Counted from the stretch's first letter, positions 1-14,217 are shown. The stretch is 64,000 bases of DNA from Leucoraja ocellata (GCA_036785375.1 JAWMAR010000005.1:248001-312000); one strand, 5' to 3'. Numbers and translations: made by a program. The notes: generated by a model not told the origin, from the letters alone.

Positions 1-91
1 CATGTTGTAAGGTTGGGGTGAGGGAGAGTTGAGGGTGCCAGGAGGAATGGGCAAGTTGGAGGAGAATGTAGGGATCAGGGGAGAAGGGTCA

Positions 92-260
92 CACAAAAAG
101 GCTGGAGAAACTCAGCGGGTGCAGCAGCATCTATGGAGCGATGGAAATAGGCAACGTTTCGTGCCTATTTCCTTCGCTCCATAGATGCTGCTGCACCTGC
201 TGAGTTTCTCCCGCCTTTTTGTCTACCTTCGATTTTCCAACATCTGCAGTTCCTTCTTAA
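92..260. repeat. Palindromic Penelope terminal-repeat remnant; similar copies near 1050-1445, 8880-9010, 17860-18600, 20075-20210, 20655-20890, 29740-29830, 32600-32730, 45905-46035, 47965-48085, 52145-52480
   Basis: Inverted arms gctggagaaactcagcgg...catctatggagcga / tcgctccatagatgctg...ctgagtttctc match the 3' end of the element at 43060-44479. Confidence 0.8.
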
Positions 261-1525
261 AAACTCAGGGGAGAAGGGTCATGAACAGTTGGAGCAGAAG
301 GTGGGGAGGAGAGTGTTGAAGACTCAGCCAGTGCCTTCTCTGACAAGACTCTATATGACGGAGTGAGTGATCACTCTCTCCCCCCCCCCCCCACCCCCTC
401 ACCCCACCCTCCAAGGGGTGACATTATATTTCTATAATGTCATTGCTCAGGCACCTACAGGATTAAAATCTCAGCCTCCCCAACGTCTTTCAGGTCCCTT
501 GAGTCCTGGCAACATTGCGCTGAAGATTCACTGCACTCTCTCCAGCTAAAAGGCACTTTCATACAGCTGGGTGACCAAGCGATACACAATACTCCAAGTG
601 CAGCCTCACTAATGTCTTATAGAATAGCAGCATAGCATCCCAACCTCTCTATTCAATTTGGTGGCTTGATGAAAGCCAGCATGCCAAACACTTTCTTGAT
701 CACCCTATCTATCTGCAATGCCACTTTCAGGGAGCTATGCACTCCTCGGCCCCTCTACCCAACAACGCCATCTACTGGAAATTTCTACCCTGATCTGACA
801 TCTCCAAATGCAATATCTGGTACTCACCTGAATTAAACTCTAATTGCAATTCGTCAGCCAAGTTACCCATTTCTTTATAATTATTTATAATCCCCATCAT
901 CTACGGCACCATCTATTTTAGGGTAATCTGAAAACATACTAACTATGGTTTGTTCATTCTCATGCAAATCATTTAAATACATGACAATATTCCATAGAGA
1001 GCAGCTCCCTCGAAGTCGGTTCTGAGCACACCCTGGAAACTATTGTAGAAACAAAGAATTGCAGACGCCGGTTTGTAGCAAAGATAATCACAAGGTGCTA
1101 GAGTAACTCAACGGCTCAGCGGGCAGCATCTCCGGAGAAAAAAGAATGGCGAGGTTTCAGGTCGTGACCCTTCTTCAGACTGCTTTTAAAAAAAAAGATT
1201 TTCCGTCGTGAAATTAAAGAGAAATAAGGGTCCAGAAAGGGTTGATGGCCATCTGGGGGAGTCCAAGAGGAGGGGGAATGTTGGAGACAGGAGAAGTGGT
1301 CATCACTGGGCAATGAGGACTCTTTCCCACAGAAGAAGGAGGCGGAGGCAACGGAAGAAGAGCTCCGACCCACGGCGTCACCCATCCTTTTTCTCCATAG
1401 ATGCTGCCTGACCCGCTGAGTTACTCCAGCACTTTGGTGTCTATCCTAGAACCTTCTGTTTGCCGGAAATCTCCTCTGCACCAGATCTGTGAGTTGAGGC
1501 TCTGTATCGGGAACAGACACAAAGT

Positions 1526-1785
1526 GGGCGGCACGGTGGTGCTGTGGTAGAGTTGCTGCATTACAGCGCCAGAGACCCGGGTTCAATTTTGACTACAAGT
1601 GCTGTCTGTATGAAGTTTGTATGTTCTTCCCGTGACCGTGTGGGTTTTCCCCAGGTGCTCCGGTTTCCTCCCGCACTCGAAAGACGTACAGGTTTGTACG
1701 TGTTAGTGCACAGGGATCGCTGGTCGGCACGGACTCGGTGGGCTGGAAGGTCTGTTTCCGCCTTATATCTCTAAATAAACTAAAC
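1526..1785 (+). mobile_element. tRNA-derived HE1/V-type SINE; other copies about 2718-3005, 3443-3740, 7098-7378, 27093-27362, 34733-35030, 63055-63170 (+) and 14433-14690, 19355-19643 (-)
   Basis: A box TGGTAGAG, B box GGTTCAAT, central GCTCCGGTTTCCTCC domain, CR1-like tail ending (TAAAC)n. Confidence 0.88.
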
Positions 1786-2012
1786 AAAGTGAGTAACTCA
1801 GCATCTCTGTAGAAAAAGGGGTGGATGAAGTTACTGTTCGGGACCCTCCAACTATCAGAAATATGATGTTGGGCATGTTTTATCACAAGGTTTAAGGGCA
1901 GTTAGGGACATGCGATAAATGCTGGTCTTGGCAGCGATAACACATTAGTTGATTTATTTCTGGTTGACCATAACTCTGAGACTGATTGTTATCTCTGTGA
2001 CACCTCCTCTAG

Positions 2013-2057
2013 GATGAGAAAAACCAGATGATGACGACCAATGTATGGCTCAAGCAG
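2013..2057 (+). CDS. CHRNA2: Nicotinic acetylcholine receptor alpha-2 subunit, internal 45-nt exon (DEKNQMMTTNVWLKQ); upstream exons lie outside the window
   Basis: AG/GT-bounded 45-nt phase 0-0 exon; peptide matches the conserved neuronal nAChR alpha exon. Confidence 0.93.
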
Positions 2058-3040
2058 GTGGGTGTTTCCATTCTCTGCCAGTTTGCACCTCAGGACAGGG
2101 CCATCCCAGGATCACAAGCTGCTGGGTTAGGTCTCCTTGTTCTCCACCTATAGTTTTTATGAGCTGGCAAAATGGGCATCAATGTCAATCTCTCATGGTT
2201 GTGCTAAGTACCAATAGTTTAGCCCAAGCCCACACCTGCAGAACATAGAACAGTACAGCACAGGATGATGTGCTTCAGTCTACAGTGCCTGTGCTGAACA
2301 TGATGTCAGGTTAAATTAATCTCATCTGCATGCTCTCCATTTCCTGCTTATCCATGTGCCTACCTAAAATGCCACTTCATATCTGCTTCCACCACCATCC
2401 CTGTCAATGTGTGATAGGCACCCACCGCACTCTGTGGGGGAAAAAAACTTGCACCGCACATCTCTCTTAAAATTTCACTGTCTGACCTTAAAACTTCGCC
2501 CTCTAACCAGGTCAGTAAACATCTATCCACCCTCTCCAAAGCTTCCACATCCTGATGGGACCATAACTGCACAGAATATTCCAAATATGTCCCAAGCTTT
2601 CAAGGAACCTCTTGGCACCTTGTGTGCTTCTTAGATAAAAGTAACAATGTTTTGGTTTGATACCTATATGTATAACCCTTTTTAGATCAACATCTCCTTA
2701 GAACAGTGTAATAGTAGGCGGCAGGGTGGTGCAGTGGTAGAGTTGCTGCCTTACAATTCCAGAGACCTGGGTTTGATCTTGACTACTGATGCTGTCTGTA
2801 CGATGTTTGCAGTTCTCCCTGTGACCACATGGGTTTTCTCTGGGTACCCCCACACTCCAAAGTCACACAGGTTTATAGTTTAATTGGCTTTGGTAAAGAA
2901 ATAATTGCCCCTATTGTGTAGGATAGTGCTAGTGCACTGGTAATCGTTGGGCAACACTGACTCAGTTTCCATGCCGTATCGCTAAACTAAAAATTAAACT
3001 AAACTGTATCTTCTATTTCTAATTCTTGTGTCTGTTCAAG

Positions 3041-3150
3041 GAATGGTTTGATTACAAACTCACATGGGACCCTGGGGAGTTTGATAACATTACGTCAATC
3101 CGTGTCCCATCTGAGATGATCTGGATACCCGACATTGTTCTGTACAACAA
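3041..3150 (+). CDS. CHRNA2: nAChR alpha-2, 110-nt exon ([36 protein letters not shown])
   Basis: ttcaag|GAA ... AA|gtaagt; loop A motif WIPDIVLYN; canonical 110-nt size. Confidence 0.95.
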
Positions 3151-4930
3151 GTAAGTCTCACTAACCTGCTGATCAACTTGTCCAATTTCAGAGGATAAAT
3201 CAGCACAGACATTAAAACTACAAATCAGGCAATTGGCAATCAACATGAGCAAGGTTTAGACCATTGATCCCAAATCTGCCAGGATAGTGAGGAAGGCTCC
3301 CTCAGCACTACCCTGGCACAAAATTGTGTGTTACATACAGAGTAAAACTTTCTCAACACTATCCCATTGAGCATATTTCAAGTTAAGGGCTTTTGTAGGT
3401 TTTGCTACAATGTGTGTTCCCATTATGGATGGCATAAGCAGAGGGCGGCACGGTGGGGCAGCTGGTAGAGCTGCTGTCTCACAGTGCTGGAGACCTGGGT
3501 TTGATCCTGACCTCGGGTGCTGTCTGCACAAGGTTTGCAGCTTCTCCCTGTGACCACATGGGGTTCCTTCTAAACACAAAGACACACGGAATTGTAGGTT
3601 AATTGACCTATATAAATTACGCCTATTGAGTAGGGATTGGATGAGAAAGTAAGATAACATAGAAGTAGTGTGAACGGGTAATTGATGGTCAGCATGGACT
3701 CAATGGGCCAAAGTGTCTGTTTCCATGGTATCTCTAAACTAGTGCTAATTATATATTACGCATGATGAATTAGGGAATGCAACTTGTATCAGGTGGGCTC
3801 AATTAGTTATAATACAATTTTGATCAGGAACTAACGGCCATTTAAAATTCACTTTATTTATTTAATTATTTCGAACAGAATAAAATAATAAAAAGCAAGT
3901 GTGAAATAGCATACAAAAAACAAAACAAGAATATTTATAAAGTGTCATAAACAATATCTATAAATAAATGAAATCGTATGTGTCCGAAAAGGAGCAGGAA
4001 GAAGCCAAGGGTTATTAATTCCCACCCCTTATTCAACTGCTTATAATTATCTTATACAAATTTTGCAGCTATATGTACACCATATGTACACCAGCAGCTA
4101 TATGTACACCAAATTATTTACATTTATACACTATTCAAGTATTTACAAAGCCATACAAAAAAGAGAGAAAAAAAGAAAAAAGAAAAAACCCTCATATATT
4201 ATACAGTATCTTAGTCAAATATACAACCCATCACCCGTTGAAAATTGATAAGCCGGAAAAGGTTGTTTTGGAAAAAACAGTATAAGGGAATAAAAGATTT
4301 CCATGTAATCTCCCCACAGTAACAAGAACCATTGTCTCTTAAGAACAGAAGACTGTGGCGGTCACATCATTGGGTATTTTTAAACAGAGTTTGACAGATT
4401 CTTGATTATTAAGGGCGTCAAAGGTTATGAGGAGAAAGCAGGAGAATGGAGTTGCGAAGGAAAGATAAATCAACCATGATTGAATGGTGGAGTAGATTCG
4501 ATGGGCCGAATGACCTAATTCTATTCCTCTGACATGAACTTGTGAACATAGTCAGTAAGTTTGACAGCGGGTTGTCATTGACGTTGTTTCTATTGACACT
4601 TGTGTAATGATATGGTATTAACCAATGTAACATGCAGCCTTTAGCATTTTTAGCTTGCAGTAGAATATATAAACTCATAGCTATTAAAAAACTTAACTTT
4701 AATTATGAAAGTCCTGCTCCTCGTGCCTGTGCTGATAGCAGGACAATGGTTATCCCAGGGACTCCACTAGCTTACACTCAGTTTAATCAGTTTGAAGTTA
4801 ACCTCTCACTAATGTTGGAGGACAACTGGTTTAGACTGAGCGAGGATGAGGCAATCCATTGCAAGTGTAAGCACCTGTTTTCTCCTTGTGCGGTGTGGTG
4901 GGAGTGCTGCCCTGTGTTTCCTGGTTGCAG

Positions 4931-5954
4931 TGCGGATGGTGAGTTTGCCGTGACACACATGACCAAGGCTCACCTCTTCTCCGCCGGACGGGTCCAGTGG
5001 ATTCCCCCAGCCATCTACAAGAGCTCCTGCAACATCGACGTCACCTTCTTCCCCTTCGACCAGCAGAACTGCAAGATGAAGTTCGGCTCCTGGACCCACG
5101 ACAAGTCCAAGATTGATCTGCGGAACATGGACAGGAACGTAGACCTGAAGGACTACTGGGAGAGTGGCGAGTGGGCCATTGTCAATGCTGTGGGCATCTA
5201 CAACAGCAAGAAGTACGACTGTTGCTACGAAATCTACGTCGATATTACGTACTCCTTCATCATTAGGAGGCTCCCGCTCTTCTACACAATTAACCTGATC
5301 ATCCCCTGCCTTCTCATCTCCTGCCTCACCGTCCTGGTCTTCTACCTCCCCTCGGGCTGTGGGGAGAAGATCACCCTTTGTATCTCGGTCCTGCTCTCTC
5401 TTACTGTCTTCCTGCTGCTGATCACAGAGATCATTCCCTCCACCTCCCTGGTCATCCCTTTAATTGGCGAGTACCTGCTCTTCACCATGATCTTCGTCAC
5501 CCTCTCCATTGTCATCACAGTCTTCGTCCTCAACGTCCACCACCGTTCGCCCAACACCCACAAGATGCACCGGTGGGTCCGTAGGGTGTTCCTGGAATTT
5601 ATTCCCCGCTGGCTCTTCATGAGGAGACCGGGACGCCAGGCGGAGACCATCGCCAACCACCTCGGGCTGCAGGGGCCCTGCCAGGGATGCCCACGGTCCG
5701 AGCTCAGGGACTCCAGCACCAGCTTGGCGTTGTGCCAGGCGAGGTCGCTGCTGGGCCTGCACGCCCGTGGCTGCCAGAGCCACCTGGAGACTGGCATGTG
5801 CCCGGGAGGGAGAGCAGACCATGGCTGGAGGAGCTGTCCCAGTGGGGGCATGGAGGCCGAGTCCAACCCACTCCTGTCTGCCAACATCCTCCGGGCGCTG
5901 GAGGGCGTGAACTACATCGCCAACCACCTGCGGGCGGAGGACGCAGACTTCTCG
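4931..5954 (+). CDS. CHRNA2: nAChR alpha-2 large exon: Cys-loop, vicinal CC of loop C, M1-M3 and the M3-M4 loop
   Basis: ttgcag|T GCG GAT ... TCG|gtgggt; [40 protein letters not shown] and [12 protein letters not shown] match alpha-2 better than alpha-4, as does the short M3-M4 loop; the ORF-track start at 4632 is intronic read-through. Confidence 0.92.
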
Positions 5955-8436
5955 GTGGGTATGGGGTGGGTGGGGAGCAGGTTTGGCGGGGGAGCTGGGA
6001 GAGTTGGGGGGGGTGTGGGCAACAGGAGCATGAGGCTCTGGGAGGATTATGTGGTGAGAGGGTCAGGGTAGGGCAAACAGGGAGGTGATGGGAAGTTTGG
6101 GACATCGGCATGGGTTTGGGTGGAGGAAGAGATAATGGCTGGGAACATTGTGGTGGTTGGAGGATGAGGTAGAGACCAGAGGTAGCAGAGTCAGGTAGAC
6201 TGGGGCAGGAGGTGCATGGTTTGGTGAAGGACAGAAACATATGGCTGGGTGATTGCGGAGTGGCTGTGGGGTTTGCAGTTGATCAGGTTTAGGGGCTGGA
6301 GTGGGGAAGGAGCAAGGCAGGTGCTTAGGAGGCTTCCTGGCCCATGGAGAAAATGGACTAATAGATGGGCTTGCATATTAAGATATTGATTGCTTTTTAA
6401 AGTTCTTGGAACAGAGCAGTATTGTCAGTTCACAAAGTAATTATAGCTACAAAATCACTCTGCTGTAATGATACAAAACAGACAGATGGTCCATAGTAAA
6501 TGTGGAGACTCCCTCACATTGGGTTGGGTCAGTTGGGCAGGAACAGTAATCAACAGGAATCAATTCTTTAGTCAGATGATGGTGAATCTGTGGAATTCTT
6601 TGCCACCGAAGGCCGTGGAGGCAAAGTCAGTGGAAATATTTAAGGCATAGATAGATTCTTGACTAGTTCAGGTGTCGGAGGTTATGGGGAGAAGGCAGCA
6701 AAATGGGGTTAGGAGGGAGAGATAGAGCAGCCATGATTGAATGGCGGAGTAGACTTGATGGGCCGAATTCTACTCCTATCACATGATCTTAAAAACCACA
6801 GGCCACAATGGCCTTCATCTTCTCCATTCATCAAGGTGTTAAACTGACACAAAGATAGAGGATCTAACTCACAGTAGCTGCCGACTTAACCTTTGCATAC
6901 AAGTTCGCAGTCTGGGCTCGCAGTCTTTTCAAGGGCTCGCAGTCTGTCACTATTCTAATTATATCAACCCATTGATGAATAAATCCCAATCGGCCAGATC
7001 CCACGACCAACTCCCCCTTTGTGGGTAATGTAGTAATGACCCATCTCATATCTTGCTTAACTCAAGTGGTCTTTGTGCACCCTGTGTTGGCACAGGGCTG
7101 CACCATTGTGTACAATGCCTGAGAACCTGGTTCAATCCTGACTACGGGTACTTTCAGTACAGAGTTTGTATGTTCTCCCCATCACCTGCGTGGGTTTTCC
7201 CCGGGTGCTTTGGTTTCCTCCCTCACTTGAAAGACGTACAGGTTTGTAGCTAAATTAGCTTTGGTAAATATTGTAAATTGTCCCTTGTGTGTAGGATAGT
7301 GTTAATGAATGGGGATCGCTGGTCAGTGTGGACTTGGTGGGCCAATGGGCTTGTTTCCATGTTGTATCTCTAAACTAACCTCATGTAAACTCATTCTGAC
7401 AACCAAATTAATTGACTTGATACCAGCTGGAAAGCCATAGCAGGCTGACACTAGGTTCTCCATTATCTGCATCCCAGCCAGCATAGAGTATTATTTTTAT
7501 TTTCACTGGGAATCTGTGGCCTTGTCTAGTTCCCTGGTCACATAATCTGCTTTAATGTTCTGTCATAAAACCATCCGTTTAAGTTTTTAATGTCAAAGAA
7601 CACTGTCTCATCACCCTTTTCTCTGACCATGAGATGCCACGTTAATGTAGTTAATATTTTCATGCAATTAATACCATATTCCTACCAAGTTTTCATGTAA
7701 CTTTCAGCTTATTAGTGACTTTGCACCCAAAACTCTGTTTCCTAGAACCCTATCAATAGTTTACTTCTGACAGTAACATAGCCTCTCAGAGCACAACAAA
7801 GTGATTGAATTTCTTCCCCCACACCCATCTCCAACAACATCATCCCACAGAGGCCTAGTTTGCATTCACTGAACCTGGTCTATGTGCTGAGTATCAGGGA
7901 GGTACAATGGGGACATTCCTCACATCCTCTCATCAAACTTCTCTGAGTCATCGCATAACAATTTAAGTGTCGCTGTTGAGTGACTCTATGTTGAGTAGTT
8001 CCAGTGGGATAATTTTCTGCTATGAATTGCCGTAGTGTCTAGGCATGTGGTAGAGCTTGGGAAGAGTTGATGGGAATTTGGGGAGAATAAAAAAAAGTGG
8101 GTTTAATGTAGGATTAGTGTAAATGGTTGTGTAAATTCATGTAAATGATCAGCATGGACTCAAGAGTGGGCCAAGGTCCTGTTTATGTGCTGTGTCCCTC
8201 CACGATTGGTTCTGGCAACACACATAGTCACCTATTCCAGTTCAGTCAGGGAAAGGTTCCCATCTCTGGATAGACCTGTGGCAAAACAACTCATCAGATG
8301 ATCCAGTGCTCTAAAGAGTAGGGGAATCTGTAGCAGGTTCATGAGATACTGCTCAGAACTCAACCACTGAGGAACTTTGGCTTGATCCTTTTCTGGGGCT
8401 GGTGCTAGGATAGGATAGGATTATGGCAGAGATTCT

Positions 8437-8640
8437 NNNNNNNNNNNNNNNNNNNNNNNNNNNNNNNNNNNNNNNNNNNNNNNNNNNNNNNNNNNNNNNN
8501 NNNNNNNNNNNNNNNNNNNNNNNNNNNNNNNNNNNNNNNNNNNNNNNNNNNNNNNNNNNNNNNNNNNNNNNNNNNNNNNNNNNNNNNNNNNNNNNNNNNN
8601 NNNNNNNNNNNNNNNNNNNNNNNNNNNNNNNNNNNNNNNN
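8437..8640. other. Assembly gap (204 N) in the last CHRNA2 intron
   Basis: Run of N. Confidence 1.
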
Positions 8641-9838
8641 AGGTGGAGGGGTGACCCGACAGAATCTTGAATTCTCACTGCCTTTTCCCAGAGTAGGAGA
8701 TCCATAACTAGGCGGACATACAACCGTTTTAAGGTGAGAATACGTTTAATAAAGTGAGACATGAGTATAAAAGGGACCTGAGGAGCAACATTTTCACTTG
8801 CAGAGTACTCTTCCAGCTTTCTCTCCCACTGACCAACCCCCCCCCCCCCCCTCCCCCCACCCCACACTCCTGCAATCATTCTGAAGAAGGGTTCCGACCC
8901 AAAATGCCACATATCCTTGGTCGCCTGGAATGCTGCTTGACCCGCTGAGTTACTCCAGCATTTTGTTCTTTCCTTGGTAAGCCAGCATCTGCAGTTCCTT
9001 GTTTCTACAGTGGGCACATGGCACGAGCTACCAGAAGAAGTGGTAGGGATGGATATATTCACAATGTTTAAAAGGCACTTGGATAGGTTCATGGATAGGA
9101 AGGGTTTCAAGGGACACGGGCCAAACACAAGCAAATGGGTCCAGCTCATGGAAACAAGTTGGTCAGTATGGATAGTTGGGCCAAAGGGCCTGTATCTCTG
9201 CCTTATAACTATGGTTCTGTGTCTTTGAAAGGAGCACATATTTGGAAGTGGAAGAGGAAACCACTAGGTGACTGGAAAGTGGAACTCGCCATTGTGGGAA
9301 ATGCCAAAAGCAGACATATATCTGCACTAGAAAATTAGATACATATATGCGAACAGGGAGGAAATGGTAGGCTGAGTCAATGCAGTTACATGCTGAGCAT
9401 AAATACTGCTGCTGGCTGGGCTAAATGGGCTCTTTCTGTGCTCCATATAACAAATCTATTATGTTTGTAAATGTAACAAAAACGCCTCATGAATGTGCTC
9501 CCTAATATTGCTGGCAGTAGGGTCCAGGAGATCAATACTTCGTTCCCAATGAATTCTGGAACTATTGGGCAGGTTGTAATACAGAACGTCCAAGGCTTTC
9601 TCCATTCCACATCACTCGTTGATGTGACTGGAATATCCCACAAGGAATCTACCAGGAACACATCGGACTTTGCCCTGAGAACCCGGGAAACCTGGAGATT
9701 CTAGTCGAGACCCTGTCTCCTGAATAGTGGATGCTGGAAAAGATCTCTGTTAAGATGAGTAGGCGGCAGATATCCTCACACAGCAACATGCCACATTTCC
9801 CCTAATTTTAACCTGACTTTATTCCTTCTCCTCTGTGA

Positions 9839-9970
<132 letters not shown>

Positions 9971-11679
9971 AGGGTGCCATGTGCAAGGTGGGAAGAATAT
10001 GGAGGGTGCACATCACCCAACAACCAGTCCCGCCCTCTGATGACCCAGGGCTCAGGGAAGAGGTTATCCAGTGACCCACACACTGAACCCCAACACACTC
10101 TTGCTTTCACCCACGAGCATTATCAATATAGCGTTTGGATGGAAACACATTAAAAAAAAAAAAAAAAGATTTAAAAATTGTTGATTTGTGGTTCATTAAA
10201 AATCCTATCAGTAGCTTGATACTTTTTCAATGTGATAGAATATTCCATAACATTTCTGCATCTCTCAGCTCTTTTTGATGACTGGAAACGTAGGAAGAGT
10301 TTTGGATTTCCACCAAGGAAACTTCACCTATTCTCTCATCACCTTCCTCATTGACCTGAGTGAGGAAGACTGCAGATGCCATCCATCACGGCTACTAACC
10401 TTCCCCCCAACTTCCTGGGCCCCAACGCAATAACATTCTGCTTTCTGGTACTGGGAATTTATGAGACTTTTGGATAGGCGCATGGATATGCAGGGAATGG
10501 AGGGATATGGATTATGTACTGGCAGTGTTGGCCTTGGCATCATGTTTGGCACAGACATTGTGCGGCAAAGGACCTATTCTCGTGCTTTGTTCTATGTTTT
10601 ATGAGTAAATCCGATCCTTCAGCCTCAATGTTACCATTCAATAACTCACACCCTGTGGAATTCACTGCCACAGAAGGCTGTGGTGGCCAAGTTAATGGAT
10701 ATTTTGAAGGCAGAGATAGATAGATTCTTGATTAGTGTGGGTGCCAGGGATTATGGGGAGAAGGCAGGAGAATGGGGTTAGGAGAGAGCAATAGAACAGC
10801 CATGATTGGATGGTGGAGTAGACTTAATGGGCCAAATGGCCTAATTCTACTCCTATCACTGATGACCTTATGGCCCCCTGTTCTTCCAATCCCAATGGTC
10901 CACATATGATCTCTTATCTTTTCTTCACTTTTTCCAACACCCCTCCCTCCTTTACTGAGACTCATCACCCTCCTTCCAACTGCTTCCAACTGCCCATCAT
11001 CAACACATATCCACCTCATCTCCCTTGGTTTACCCTTCATATCTCTTTCCCGACCTGGCTCCATCTGCTCCTTGCCTCTTGCACACTTGGTTCCAGTACT
11101 GTCGCCTTGGATATCGTGTATATTTCGTGTTTTTATCTTTTTGTAAGCAAAGCACCAAGGCAAATTCCTTGTATGTATACATACTTGGCTAGTAAAATTG
11201 TATTCAATACAATTCAATTAAATCCGGTCCTTCACCTGTTCTTGGTGGCCAGTTCCAGGTCCCCAGGATGTTGACGGTGGGTGACTCAGTGAAAGTGATT
11301 CCATTGACTATCAAATGGAAGTGATTTAAACTTCTTGTGGATATTGCCATGGCTTGATATTTCCATGACCCAAATGGTACTTGCCACATATTAACCCATG
11401 CCTAAGTATTATCTGGGTTTTGCATGATGAGACATGGACCGTTGCATTCACTTAAGAGTTGGATCTTGATCAGCAAGGAAGGTTGTGCCAGAGGGTGTCT
11501 TTCTGTGCTGTACACCTCTATGATTTTATAACTGTGACACTTCAGCGGATTTATTTACCTTTTTGCCCCTCAAGACTGCCAACAGCTCCTCTTTTGTAAA
11601 GTGGATGTTTCAAATCATCTCTGTTCTCTTCTTTGAATTCCCTAGCTTCCATTACCGTCTCCACTGATAAGACCATAGG

Positions 11680-12810
11680 AACATAAGAGCAGAATAAGGC
11701 CATTCGACCCTTTGACTCTGCTTCACCATCTCATCATGGCTGCACTTTTTTTCCCCTCTCAACACCATTGTTCTGTCTTCTCCCCATAACCTTTGATGAC
11801 ATTACAAATAAAAAATAATGAAGCTCCACTTTAAAAATACTCAATGACTTGGTGTCCCCTGTCATCTGTTACAATGAATTCCACAGATTCACCACCATTT
11901 GGCTAAAGAAATTTCTCCTCATATCAATTCTTGAGGTGTGTCCTTTTATTCTGAGTTTGTGCCCTCTAGTCCTAGATCTACCCACTACTGGAAACATATT
12001 TTCACATCCACTTCAGTTCTTTCATTATTCGGTAGGTTTTAATCAGATCTCCTATCATCCTTCTAAATTCCAGTAAGTACATTCCCAGAACCTTCAAATG
12101 CACACCATACATCAACCCAATTATCCCTGGGATCATTCTCGTAAACCTCCCCTGGACCTGCTCCAATGCCAGTACGTCCTTCCTCAGATGTGCGGCCCAA
12201 AACTGCTCAGAATGATCGAAATAAAGTGTCTTATAAAACCTCAGCATTTCATCCTTGTTTTTATATTCTAGTGTTCTTCAAAATGAATGCTTCTTCTTAT
12301 CGAGTCCACACACAAGATTAGAAGTTGTTCAGCCAGAGCTGAACACACTTCTCGGCATCTGCATACAATGGTATCTGTCTTGCGCTTCATGTGCTTCTTG
12401 TGCGTTGTGGTGGAAAGATTGGTGAAAACAGGGCCAAGACGTGAACGTTCTTTCCTTGACCCCAAATGAATGCTAACAATGCATTTGCCAATCTGCAAAT
12501 TATCCATGATGGAGCAGGTCTTTCTGCTCCATCATGCCCAAGTCCCTTTGCATCTCTGAATTCTGAATCCTCTCACCATTTAGAAAAAATGCATGACTCT
12601 ACACTTTACTATACTGTAGCCCATCTGCCAATTCTTTGCCCACTCTCCTAACCTGTTCAAGACCTTCTGCAGCCGTCCTGCCCCTCAATCTATCTTTGTA
12701 TCATCTGCAAACTTGGCCACAAAGCCATCAATTCTATCATCCATATCTGTAACTTAAAACATGAATAGTAGTGGACCCAACATCGACTCCTGCAGAACAC
12801 CACTATTCAG
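11680..12810 (-). mobile_element. CR1 LINE fragment carrying a 172-bp retroposon (12292-12463) with TSD AAATGAATGCT
   Basis: QFWAAHLRKDVLALEQVQGRFTRMIPG; TSD at 12281-12291 and 12464-12474. Confidence 0.8.
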
Positions 12811-14170
12811 AAAATAGCAGCCTCATGTACAACTGTTATAGAGGTGCATATTGATCTTATAGAGGTGTATAAAATCATGAGTGGAATAGATTGGGTAGAC
12901 ACAGAGTCTCTTTCCCAGAGATGGGGAATTGAGAACCAGGGGACATAGGTTTAAAGTGAGGTGGGAATGGTTTAATAGGAACCTGAGAGGTAACTTTTTC
13001 ACACAAAGTGTGGTGGGTGTATGGAACGAGTTGCTGGAGGAAGTTGTTGAGGCAGGGACTATTGCAACATTTAAGAAACAATTAGACAGACACATGGATA
13101 GGACAGGTTTAAAGGGATATGGGCCAAACACAGGCAGACTGGTGTAGATAGGACGTGCTGATGGGTGTGGGCAAGTTGAGTTGAAAGGCCTGTTTCCACT
13201 ATGACCTTCTCAAAGACCATCTGAAAGTCTTCATTCAGTCTTTTAGTCTACTAGATAATCTCATAGGACTATCTACATTTTACTTGAGAAATATTTTCTG
13301 AAATATCTGAAATGAGCTGATAGATGAAGGCATTGAAGCGGATCGAATTTTTGCTTTTTAAAGAATTTGCAAAGATATTTGGAAAGGAAGAGCTTAGAGG
13401 GCTAAATGCAGGCAAATGGGACAAGCCCAATATGCAAGCTCAGTCAGCATGGGCAAAGTGGGTCAAAACGTATCCATGCAGTACAGCTCTCTAAGAATCC
13501 AAGAATGCAGAGGGTTCAGGTGAGGGAAAGGAGTTTTAAAAGAGATCTGACAGGAAAGTTTACACATAAGGAAGTTGATATCTGGAACTCACTGCCAGAG
13601 GAGGTGGTGAAATCAGATACAATCACTACATTTAAGGCACATTTGACAGATACTTTAATAGGCAAGACATGGAAGAATACAATCCAAATGCGGGCAAATG
13701 GGATTGGTGCATTTCTGCAAGTGTGGTCAGCATGGATATGTTGTGTCGAAAGGCCTGTCTCTGTTCTATTTGAGTCCGTTTTCACCAGTGGAAGATTTTC
13801 GAATGAATGGTCTGTGTGTTTCAAGTAATGGGAATAACTCTTAAAACCAAGGCACAAAAACACTTTGTTTAGAGATGGCAGTGAATCTCTGGAATTCTCT
13901 ACACCAGTCGGTTAGGGAAACTAAATCATTGGAAGGATTTGAAGTACAGGTAGATGGTGAGATTGTGGACTCTGGGGATCCAGCACGGAGGAGATACAGC
14001 CCGAGGTAGATCAGCCATGATCACATTGAATGGCAGGGCAAAGTTTGAGGGGCTAAGTGACCTAGTCCTCCTCTTGCTTTCTTGTGTTTTGTCAGTGAAG
14101 CCAATATGCTACGGGAAATAACCAACTTCCCTTGTGAAAGAAAAAACAGTCAGAAACACTATTGGCACTG

Positions 14171-14217
14171 CTTCCTCTTTCTACATTCCCAACTACTGCT
14201 GGAGGAAGGAAGTAGAA
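14171..14217 (+). promoter_or_regulatory. Gene 1 proximal promoter: ETS/PU.1-type motifs CTTCCTCTTT (14171-14180) and GGAAGTAGAA (14208-14217)
   Basis: Both 10-mers recur in the same order and at similar spacing upstream of the gene 2 leader; no obvious TATA box. Confidence 0.65.

Noticed and set aside
1526-1600. tRNA-like A and B boxes as tRNA genes
   Set aside because: They are SINE heads followed by SINE body and tail; no complete cloverleaf
5342-6240. Antisense and alternative-frame ORFs over the CHRNA2 large exon
   Set aside because: Shadow ORFs caused by the high third-position GC of the real exon
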